Part shown: positions 27,545-64,000 of the stretch, one piece after another
How positions within the stretch are numbered: position 1 is the stretch's first letter
Layout of the letters: each line of letters starts with the position of its first letter
Origin: the human T2T-CHM13v2.0 reference genome, Homo sapiens
NCBI RefSeq assembly: GCF_009914755.1
Contig: NC_060936.1
Length of the DNA stretch: 64,000 nt
Direction: 5' to 3' (one strand)
Program-made: the position numbers and the translations under genes
The notes under the pieces: model-generated
The model's input: only the letters and a program-made list of their open reading frames with translations
Told to the model about the DNA's origin: nothing
Databases searched by the model: none

Positions 27545-29284
27545 CTTGCAAGGCATTGATTAAAAACAAGACGAACAAAAACCACAAAGGATGTGTAAAA
27601 TATGTATCATACGTTGTAAACAAAATTTAAAAAGAGTTAATTAGAAATATTTCCCTTTGTTTTTTTGTTCTAGCTCAAAAGATCTGAAAGAAGTACCTTA
27701 ATCAGGAATTCTTTTCCTCCTTGAATTTGAAATTGGGAGAAATGGAGCCGGGCACGGTGGCTCACGCTTGTAATCCCAGCATTTTGGGAGGCCGAGGCGG
27801 GCGGATCACCTGAGGTTAGGAGTTCGAGACCAGCTTGGCCAACACGGCGAAACCCTGTCTCTACTAAAAATACAAAAATTAGCTGGGCGTGGTGGCAGGC
27901 ACCTGTAATCACAGCTACTAGGGAGAGTGGGGAAGGAGAATAGCTTGAACCCGGGAGGTGGAGGTTGCAGTGAACCGACATCACACCATTGCACTCCAGC
28001 TTGGGCAACAAGAGCGAAACTCCGTCTCAAAAAATAAAATAAACAAATAAATAAATAAATAATAATAATAAATTGGGAGAAATGTGAAACTTATACTTTA
28101 AATCAATACTAGTAACAAAAATACAGTTCGGTTCCTTGATAGGCCAGTTAAGTGACAGTGACACAAAGCAGGGTAGGAAGAAAATTTAAAAGCCAAGGAA
28201 AAAAATAGCTTGGAAGACAAGAGAGACAAAAAAGGAACCAGGGGCCGAGGTAGGTGATCACGAGGTCAGGAGTTCAAGACCAGCCTGGCCAAGATGGTGA
28301 AACCCTGTCTCTACTAAAAATACAAAAAAAATTAGCTGGGTGTGGCAGCAGGCGCCTGTAATCCCAGCTACTCTGGAAGCTGAGGCAGAGAATTGCTTGA
28401 ACCTAGGAGGCGGAGGTTGCAGTGAGCCGAGATCGCACCACTGCACTCCAGCCTGGACGACAGAGTGAGACTCCATCTCAAAAGAAAAAAAAAAAAAAAG
28501 GAACCAAGATAAGGTAAAGAAGGAAAAAACACAGGAGAATCAGGGAAAAGGAGAGTGGAGTGGGAAGGGCAGTGGGTTCTGACCCACACATATTATTTCA
28601 CTGCTTTTGTTATATATGCTCATTCTGGCTAAAGATCCCAGAGAGGTTAAAAATAAAGTTAATTTTATTTGTAATACTGATTTATTCATCAGTTAAACTT
28701 CTATTTATAAAACTTTAGTCTTCATAAAATCTTTTAGATTAAAGATAATCAAAGACATATGCTTCTTTGGTCCAGACCTAGTCCAGAAGTTTCCCACTCA
28801 GTGTTCCTTGACATAAATATTTAAGATTCTAAACATATGATCAGTCAAAAATCCTTAATAACACTAACCACATTCCAGAACTAGTTTCCTCAGCTGTGAT
28901 CTCACTGAAGCAAATTAAGTACAGAAAGCTGTGTGTTTAATTTGTAACTAGGTTTTGTCATTTTGACTTTGGATGCACAAGTCATAAGAGATCACCAGCA
29001 TTGCAAAACTTATAAAACAAAACAAAATCTTCCAACTTGTAAATCTGATGTTAAATTCAGAAAAAGGGAAGTGAAGGAAAGTTGAAAACTCTAAAAGGGG
29101 AATAAAAGGCAACTTGACCAAACCATCATAAAATGGCTTAGAACAGGGGGAAATGAAGCAGCAGATTAAATTAGCAGCCCAACTGTTAGTTTCTTTTAAA
29201 AAGTACTGATACTCCCTTTTAGGGGAAGTTGTGCTAAGGCAATTAAGGCTTAGGTGTTAATGATTAAGGACCTTAGCTACTTAC

Positions 29285-29305
29285 CAGGAAAACAACACCA
29301 AACTA
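29285..29305 (-). CDS. ATXN2: Candidate 18/21-nt microexon of ATXN2 ((V)WCCFP)
   Basis: ctctgttag|tag|TTTGGTGTTGTTTTCCTG|gtaagt; both lengths frame-preserving. Confidence 0.3.
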
Positions 29306-29506
29306 CTAACAGAGACAGTAAGATGGTGAGGATAACTACATTTGAGACCTCAAATTGAGTACATAATAAAATCACCTACTATCTTTTACACACTACAATC
29401 ACAGACATAGTTTCCCCTTTAATAGTATATACATACAGCAAGACTCCTTTTTAAAGAGCATCTATTAAAGGATTAAATTTAACATTTCCTAGCACCAAAT
29501 AAATTA

Positions 29507-29521
29507 TATATACACACATAC

Positions 29522-29560
<39 letters not shown>

Positions 29561-29582
29561 TATATGTATGTATGTATGTATC
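29507..29582. repeat. Compound (TA)n(CA)12(TATG)n microsatellite
   Basis: Read directly. Confidence 0.9.
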
Positions 29583-29811
29583 AGCTTATTTTTGGATACC
29601 AAGTCATGGCATAATTAACAAAGATTTAAGGTCAAATGCATTTTAAATGCTAATATGGCATTTAGTAGAGTCAGACATTGAGTCACCCCAAAATAACTCA
29701 AAATGTGCCTAACATAAAATTTGAATCCTTAATATCCTCTAGAACACAACATTTCATACAAGGTGACAATATTAATGGCACAAATTTCTAAAGGATTTCT
29801 ACAAATATTAG

Positions 29812-30291
<480 letters not shown>

Positions 30292-30332
30292 TGAGAGGTC
30301 ATGATCTCTTGCTTAAGCTCAAGATATCCTGA

Positions 30333-30564
<232 letters not shown>

Positions 30565-30762
30565 TGAACTGCTGACCTCAGATGATCCACCCGCCTCAGC
30601 CTCCCAAAGCACTGGGATTACAGGTGTGAGCCACCGTGCCTGGCCCTTCCTGAGTATTTTAAACCTTTAGCCATGCACAGGACTGAAAAGTTTTTCCCTT
30701 AGTATTTCATCAATCCTATTCAATTAAAAATCCTGGTAGGCATAAATTTCATCTTATCAGAA

Positions 30763-30803
30763 TATAAATAAACATTTTAAGTTTATACCAAGCTTGTGGC
30801 TTG

Positions 30804-30844
<41 letters not shown>

Positions 30845-30886
30845 AATAAACATTTTAAATTTATACCAAGCTTGTGGCTTGGGTGT

Positions 30887-30931
<45 letters not shown>

Positions 30932-30933
30932 AA
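30763..30933. repeat. Two-copy tandem duplication of a ~44-bp unique unit plus (TG)n
   Basis: Units 30763-30840 and 30841-30927 share tataaataaacattttaa.tttataccaagcttgtggcttggg. Confidence 0.95.
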
Positions 30934-31219
30934 GCTGTTTAGGAAGTTTCTCTAACAAGGAAAATATTAGGCATTTCCCAGTCACATTTGCTTGGTATGC
31001 AAAAATTGATTTCTGAAACAACTCCATTTTTCATTAACTCCAGCCTTCTTAAATTGGGTATTTCCATTTTAAAAACTGAATTATTTATATATATAAGTAC
31101 TTTCAATAATTTGACTGGCACAAGGAAAATATTGTTCAACAAGTCTACTCCCTTAACATGTATCCTTTAAAAAGTGTTTTACTGTACAATTAAAAATTAG
31201 TATAAAAAACCCAACTCAC

Positions 31220-31273
31220 TGGCAAAGTAGAAAGAAGGGCTTGTCTCCTTGTTGTATGGTAATTTGGGACATG
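31220..31273 (-). CDS. ATXN2: ATXN2 exon 21, 54-nt cassette exon (ACPKLPYNKETSPSFYFA)
   Basis: aattcag| ... CCA|gtgagt; symmetric phase 1-1; known alternatively spliced segment. Confidence 0.93.
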
Positions 31274-32047
31274 CTGAATTTGGGAAATAGAAAGGTAAAT
31301 TAGCCTTTTGAGGTGTGCATTTTCCAAATTTTCTGGAAAGGTTGACATATTAGTAATTTCTTTTTGTATTCATGCATAATTCATTTTCATAAGAGATGAC
31401 AAGCACTTTAAACACTGCTACAGAATTTTAAAAGAAAGGACTAAACCGGAAGACACTGTTCTTCTGTACTTAGGTGTCAAGTTGTCATGCTGACTTGCTT
31501 AAAAGTAAAAGGAATAAAATCATTATCTAATAAAAACACCAACATGGCATTCTACTGAACAACCTTGATATAAATCATGTACCAAAATAAAACTATTTTA
31601 CAAGTTTAATTCAATAGACACACAATTTTGCAAAAACATTACTAATGGAAATGTCATTATCCTGAAAGATTATCTAGTAATGGATCCAAAAATTTAGGAT
31701 CATAGCAAGAATATAAACATGAATATTATTTCTTATTAAAACATGTCTACATAAAGGGGTAGGGTATTTGAGTGTATTTAAATACACCTGGAAGGATACA
31801 CATCAAAATGTTAAAAGGCAGTTGTCAGGTGGAGGGATTATGGATGCTTTTCATTTTTTTTTTTTTTAACTTAACTATATTTTCTTACTTATCTGCATTA
31901 AACTACCAAAAACAAATCAAAAAAGGATTCTGGATCTAATTCTTCCTAATGGCTCTAGTTAGTCGGAAAAGTTGTATTATTACTGTTTCTGAAAGGTAAA
32001 AGCATCACCATAAAACAAAATTAGATGGATTAGAAGAGTAGATGTGA

Positions 32048-35557
<3,510 letters not shown>

Positions 35558-36666
35558 TATAAATTCTTAAATAACTCAATTTTGCCTAAACATACTCGTT
35601 CAGGACATCTAAACTTAAAAAATAAAAATTTTATATTCTTAGTATTTCAAAAAGTTCAAAGAGGCTTTAAAAATGAAATGCCCATGTAGTTACATGTAAC
35701 CATAATCTCATTCTCATAGCAGTACACTTTTCAACTGTATGAATAAACCAAAATTATCCCCTACTCCAAACAACCAAAAACGCAAATAGGAAAACTAAAC
35801 GACACTACGGTAGTTCTCAGAAATATTCAGAACAAAACATCTTAATGAAATCAGTACTATTTAAAAACATATTCTGAAAAACATTTGAAGCAATCCATTA
35901 ATTCTGTATCATAAGATATACAAATGGACATTTTATTTTAAATTATCAACAGTGAAAAATCTATTATTTTGGTACTTTAGACAGCTGCTAAGTTGATCTA
36001 CACAAATTTCTCTGTTTAGTCACAAAACGAAGATGGGTTTTTTTGCTTATTATTCTCACATATAAATACTGCTTAGTTTTACATAAAATACTTCTCATTT
36101 TCATTTCAGCATTCTGTTCACATTGGTTATATTTAAAGTGTGACTCATGTCTAAAATATATCTAATATGACATAATATTCAACCACTTAAAATACAGCAT
36201 GATGTAGAAACATAGTATTATCATTATAACAAACAGCAAAAAAAATATGTAATGCCAGTGACCCTCAGATCAAGTAGTGAAGCAAAATGTTTTCATGCTG
36301 GAGAACACCTTTATGCTTTTATTATTATAAAATTCTCTTGCATGTCGTAGGCAGGATATACCAAAGCATAATATTGATGAGGAAGAGGAGAAAGGTACCT
36401 TTCTCCACAAAGATGCTTTGCCATTATATACATCATTACATTTTAGTTAAAGCAGGAAAGAGATCTGAAGACCAGGTACAGAAGTAGAAACTATTTGCCA
36501 AAAGTTATAAAGCAAGTCAGGCAAAGAAATGGGTTCATCTTTTCCTTCAGATTCTTGACCCTCAATGTCATAAAAGGTCAGGTTATTCTTAGATAGAGTA
36601 TGTTTTCAGAAACTTAAATTAAGAAGAGTCACACACACTGGAAGAGACAAACAAAGTGCTTCCTAC

Positions 36667-36799
36667 CATACATCGCATGCGTCTGCTCATGAGCCCCGTA
36701 CTGAGTTGCTGAAGAAGATACTAAACCAGGCTGGGCGTGTGTTGGTGGTGCCATCATTCTAGCATTACCCTGTATTACAGGACTATAGACATGAGGATG
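36667..36799 (-). CDS. ATXN2: ATXN2 exon 20 (HPHVYSPVIQGNARMM...THAMY)
   Basis: acag| ... G|gtagga, 133 nt. Confidence 0.96.
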
Positions 36800-37116
36800 C
36801 TGTGTTCAAACAAAAAATAAAGAAAGCACATTAACACTGCAAATAGAGCCAAGCAGACTTTAGTTAAGATTTTTAACTCCATGGTTTCCAGATTTCCAGA
36901 AACAGCTGTAAACTCTCAAATCTTTCTTGGCTGTTTCCTCTGAACCTCTTACAATCATCAGTAACCTTCGAATATATATTGAAAAGGGTCCCCAAGTCCT
37001 TAGCTATCTACCCTACCATCACACAAAAGCAAAAATTATAAAGGAAAATCCCTTTACCATATTAAAAGTTTTTTTATATGGTACAAAAATTAAGAGTTAG
37101 GCCTTACCAGCCTTAC

Positions 37117-37301
37117 CTGAGACTGATAATGTGGCACATGCTGAACAAGGGGCTGATTTGGGAACTGCTGAGGACTGTAGGCAACATATTGCGTGGAGTA
37201 AGCTGGTGGGGTGGCTGCAATCGGTGGGCCCGCTGCTGACGCTGGGTGCATCATGGCACTCTGATGATGCTGGTCTTGCCGCTGTTGGGGCATATTTGGT
37301 A
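37117..37301 (-). CDS. ATXN2: ATXN2 exon 19 ((V)PNMPQQRQDQ...HYQSQ)
   Basis: tctgcag| ... CAG|gtaagg, 185 nt. Confidence 0.96.
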
Positions 37302-38540
37302 CTGCAGAAAAAAAAGCAGACTGCCTATTAAACAGTATCTCCACAGCATAATACATGTGTTCACATGGTCTAGGAGGCTCTGAATGATTTGACCCTGAAT
37401 CTGCGTCTCTGATGCCATCTCATACCACTCCCACTTCTGCCACTCTGGGTTATTTTCCTATCATGCATGCTAGTCCTCAGCCTCAAACACCAGTTCCCAA
37501 ATCCCAGCTGGGATAATTCTGCTTCATCCTTCAGGTGTCAGCTTGAAAGCAACTTCCTCAGAGGGACTTTCTCTCATGGCCCTCAGACTTGATCAAGTCC
37601 CTGTAACAGACTCTCACAGCATTATGAAATCGCTTCTCATATGGTATTTTCTGGGACGGGCACTGCATTCATTTTGAGAAAAACAAAGGCATGACCAAAG
37701 AGCCAAAACAGATCCAACACTAACTTTCTATCTTCCTTAATTTCCAACCACTGAATCCTTGTAACACTTCCCATTCTTTCTCAAACCCAGTATAACACAG
37801 CACCATGTAGCATATACCAGGTTTCTAAATAATAGTTCTTTTAAAAGATTACTTTATGTCTTATCTTAATCCACACAGGTGGTCTGCATGTAAGGGCCTC
37901 GCCCTGTTACAACTCTAGTTAAGAATTCAGCTCAACTGTCATCTCCCATGTGAGGTTTTTTTCCAGTTCCTCCAGCACGAGCTAGCTACTTCCCATGTGC
38001 CTCTTTCCTCACACATTTCTTACAGCACTATTGTCTGTGACCTGTTTCTGGTGTGGCATTAACCAAGCCACTTCAGGAAAATAATTGTGGAATGACTGCT
38101 TACAACTAGGTATAAGGCACAAAGAATATAGAACTTGTTCATAAAATCCTAAGAACTGATTATATAATTAACTGCAAATTTGTGGCTAAACATTCACTAA
38201 CTGTTGCTGAAATTTGGGAGAGCTAGTTACATATTATTTTATCTATGTAGGAAAGCAAACCTGAACATTTTTTTATATTTTATCTTGGATGCACGTATTT
38301 AAAAACCACCTCCTTCTGGTAAACAAAAAAGCCACTGAAAACTACTTATCACTTTTATCAAATGAAAGTTTGCCCGATTATGCTAACTGAGCTTAAACTA
38401 TTCACTATTATTACTTTGTTACTTATTACCTTCCTGTATATTTAAAAAATAATTAAAAAGCTAGTCAAGTATACTATGGTGCTATTATTTAGATATCATG
38501 TGTTTGTCTCCACTAATTCTCATGTTAAAACATGATCCCC

Positions 38541-51588
<13,048 letters not shown>

Positions 51589-51829
51589 CAATTACTCTTT
51601 TTGAAGAGGATACTATATAATCACAACTGATGGGCATTTTTTCTCCCCTGTTTTTCTTCATAAAATCCATGTGAATATCTATGTAATGTTGTTCATCAAA
51701 AGCCAATGCATAGCCTCATCAAAAAGTCAGAGCTAAACTACAACTATTTATTCATTATAAACTTAGTTACTCAATTCATGCAGCATGCAAACTACAAGCA
51801 AACACAGGCAGGATTATTCTCACCTTTAC

Positions 51830-51890
51830 CTGCTCTATATGTCTTGGCTTGATTCACTGGCATGGGCGTCATAGGTATTGGGTATAAAGG
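51830..51890 (-). CDS. ATXN2: ATXN2 exon 18 (PLYPIPMTPMPVNQAKTYRA; +GK when the donor at 51824 is used)
   Basis: ctctcaag| ... CAG|gtaaag|gtgaga, 61/67 nt. Confidence 0.95.
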
Positions 51891-52271
51891 CTTGAGAGAA
51901 TTAAAAAAAAAATTAACATTAGGCACCTATGATAATAACAAGGTATTCTGTCACTCTTAGTTTTATATTGCTAGAGAGCTAGGCATGAGAAGGTTTCCTG
52001 ATTCTCCATTAGTCATTAAAAAATTAGATCATACCCACAGCTAAAAGGAACAAACCCCAAACTACAGTAAATCTAAACCATCTTTTTCACAGAAAACATT
52101 CTCAGATTTAGGTCCTCATACTTAACAACACACTGAATCTCTGCATGCCTGTCTGTTTCAAATGCATATGCATAACCATCACACCCTCAAGTCACTGAAA
52201 ACCTAAAGAGTGCTTGGTGTCAGATACAAACAATTGGGGAGGCTAAGTGAACATCAAATTCTATGACTTAC

Positions 52272-52424
52272 TTGCACGCCTGGGCTCACTGGGACTGGAT
52301 ACATCATATTTGGTGCAAAACAAACAGGCTGAGTATAAACTGGAGTTGGCTGTTGATGACCCACCATAGATGGGCTAGGTTGTGCTTGAGGCCGAGGTGA
52401 AGTTGGGGTAGTAGAAGGCTTTGG
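52272..52424 (-). CDS. ATXN2: ATXN2 exon 17 (PKPSTTPTSPRP...SPGVQ)
   Basis: ttgtag| ... CAA|gtaagt, 153 nt. Confidence 0.96.
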
Positions 52425-52736
52425 CTACAAAAACAACAATAAATTCAATTATCTCAAGGTAACAGATGAACTATTATTGCAATTTAAAGACGGATTTTCC
52501 CAGTCTTTCTAATTTTACTTGCTTTAACTATGTCCCTTTTATTGAAAACAAAAACACAGCACATAAATTTTCACATTTCAATAAAAGAAAAAATGTTTCA
52601 GTAGGAACTTAAAACTTTGTCAATTAAAAAATATTAAAAACAGTGGCAGCTATTTTTAAGAAACTGATGGAAGTGTTTTTAAAAATTAAAAATAAATATA
52701 TCTTCTTATGATCTCAGTCGAATAATAACAATAGTA

Positions 52737-53047
52737 CAGTCATCTCTTAGTATCTGTGGGGGATTGGTTACAGTACCCTGTGAAGATACCAAAGTCTTGG
52801 AATGCTCAAGTCCCTTACATAAAATCATGTAGTATTCGCATACAACCTATGCATATCCTCCTATATACTTTACATCATCTCTAGATTATTTATAATACCT
52901 AAAACAAGGTAAATGCTTTACTGTATTGTTTTGGAATAATGACAAGGAAACGTCTGCATGTGTTCAGTATAGATTATCCTAACTATGTTTTTGATCCATG
53001 GTTGGTTGAATCCAGTGATGCAAAACCCTCAGGTGCAGAGGACGTAT
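52737..53047 (+). mobile_element. MER2 (Tigger-family MITE)
   Basis: TA|cagtc...gggggattggtt...gctcaagtccctt...catctctagatta matches the MER2 consensus as I recall it. Confidence 0.8.
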
Positions 53048-53319
53048 CTATAAACCTGACAGCCTAGCTAGCCAACCATCGTCAAATTCTGGGTCAGAGA
53101 AATTCAAAGATTTGCCCAAGATCACATCTAATTGATGACAAAACAAAGACCTTTTTTTAATGTTTAAAAAGTATTCATTAATGGCCATGTAAAAAAAAGA
53201 AAGAAGGTTGGTTCAGCACACTAAAACAAAATTCAGATGGCAGGTATGGAAGAAGGACTATTACTAATAATTTTTCTTTTTTTGGGACTAGATAACCTCA
53301 AAGAAAGTAATAAACCTAC

Positions 53320-53383
53320 CTGAGAGAAGGAACGTGGGTTGAACTCCTTTGCATTGGGATTCAATGTTGATTTCCTAACTTGC
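53320..53383 (-). CDS. ATXN2: ATXN2 exon 16, PAM2 (PABP-binding) motif QVRKSTLNPNAKEFNPRSFSQ
   Basis: tttttag| ... CAG|gtaggt, 64 nt; LNPNAKEF PAM2 consensus. Confidence 0.97.
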
Positions 53384-53642
53384 CTAAAAAAAATATAAAG
53401 GCCAGTGAAATCTACATGGACTTTACGTTGCTCTAAAATCTTCCATACCTGACAATTTAAAAAAAATTGCTAAATATAGATTTAAACTGTTCTCACTAGA
53501 AGATCACTAATCGTTTTTATTGAAACATATACACTTATATTGCCCATTCCTTAATCCCTTAAAGAATACAGCCATAAAAGAACAATTTTTTAAAAATCTG
53601 AGTAATATACAACCGTTCCTCTCAAAGGCAATCAAAAAATAC

Positions 53643-56800
<3,158 letters not shown>

Positions 56801-57089
56801 CTACGTTTAGGACTTTGGCTTTTAATTCTCAGGGCAAATGGGCAGTCTATACGGAATTTTAAGTAGGGTAGAGTACTGGGCAGATTTATAGTTCAGAAAG
56901 GTGAACACAGCAGCTTTGTGTGAAATGAACTGGAGGGAGGCTAATTAGGATGTGGAGGGACCGTCATGGAGGCTGGACTAAGCGCTGGGCCTAGTCAGCT
57001 TGGAAGGTCATTAAGTAGGTGAATTCAGAATGAGACCTGACTGTACATATTGGTCAGTTAGACATTCTAAACCCCTAAGTAAAAAAAGG

Positions 57090-64000
<6,911 letters not shown>

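Noticed and set aside
27133-27721. Alternative last exon of ATXN2 (acceptors at 27719/27683, in-frame TAG at 27670, AATAAATAAA at 27154-27163) or a retrocopied 3'UTR
   Set aside because: The hexamer abuts a genomic A-run (mispriming risk), no TSD was found, and the UTR-like character is better explained as flank of the 15-nt microexon; not excluded without 3'-end data
30763-30933. CRISPR-like repeat-spacer array
   Set aside because: Only two units, microsatellite spacers, eukaryotic intron, no cas genes

Overview
Human (primate) genomic DNA that I recognise as the SH2B3-ATXN2 locus (12q24). The + strand carries the 3' part of SH2B3/LNK: a large intron, a probable alternative first exon (~1460-1585), coding exons 3-8 (13311-14860; PH C-half, SH2, C-terminal Tyr motif) and a 3.3-kb 3'UTR ending near 18180. 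The - strand carries the last 11 canonical exons of ATXN2 (exons 15-25 by counting back from the terminal exon; PAM2 motif and C-terminal low-complexity region), ending near 18770, tail-to-tail with SH2B3. The introns are dense in Alu, L1, L2, MIR and MER elements, and almost all ORF-track entries are repeat-derived or spurious. This haplotype has Arg262 (C allele of rs3184504). The most interesting observation is a set of frame-preserving cassette/microexon candidates in ATXN2 introns 20-23 that are absent from the ORF track as exons (15 nt, 33 nt with a GC donor, 18/21 nt, 75 nt), flanked by SRRM4-, RBFOX-, QKI-, hnRNP L- and TDP-43-type motifs. They suggest a combinatorial splicing module that tunes the ataxin-2 C-terminal IDR. 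Also notable are two diverged non-Alu inverted duplications in SH2B3 intron 2 and two stop-free, in-frame SH2B3 introns. Exon coordinates were hand-checked against splice dinucleotides and phase; repeat coordinates are approximate.
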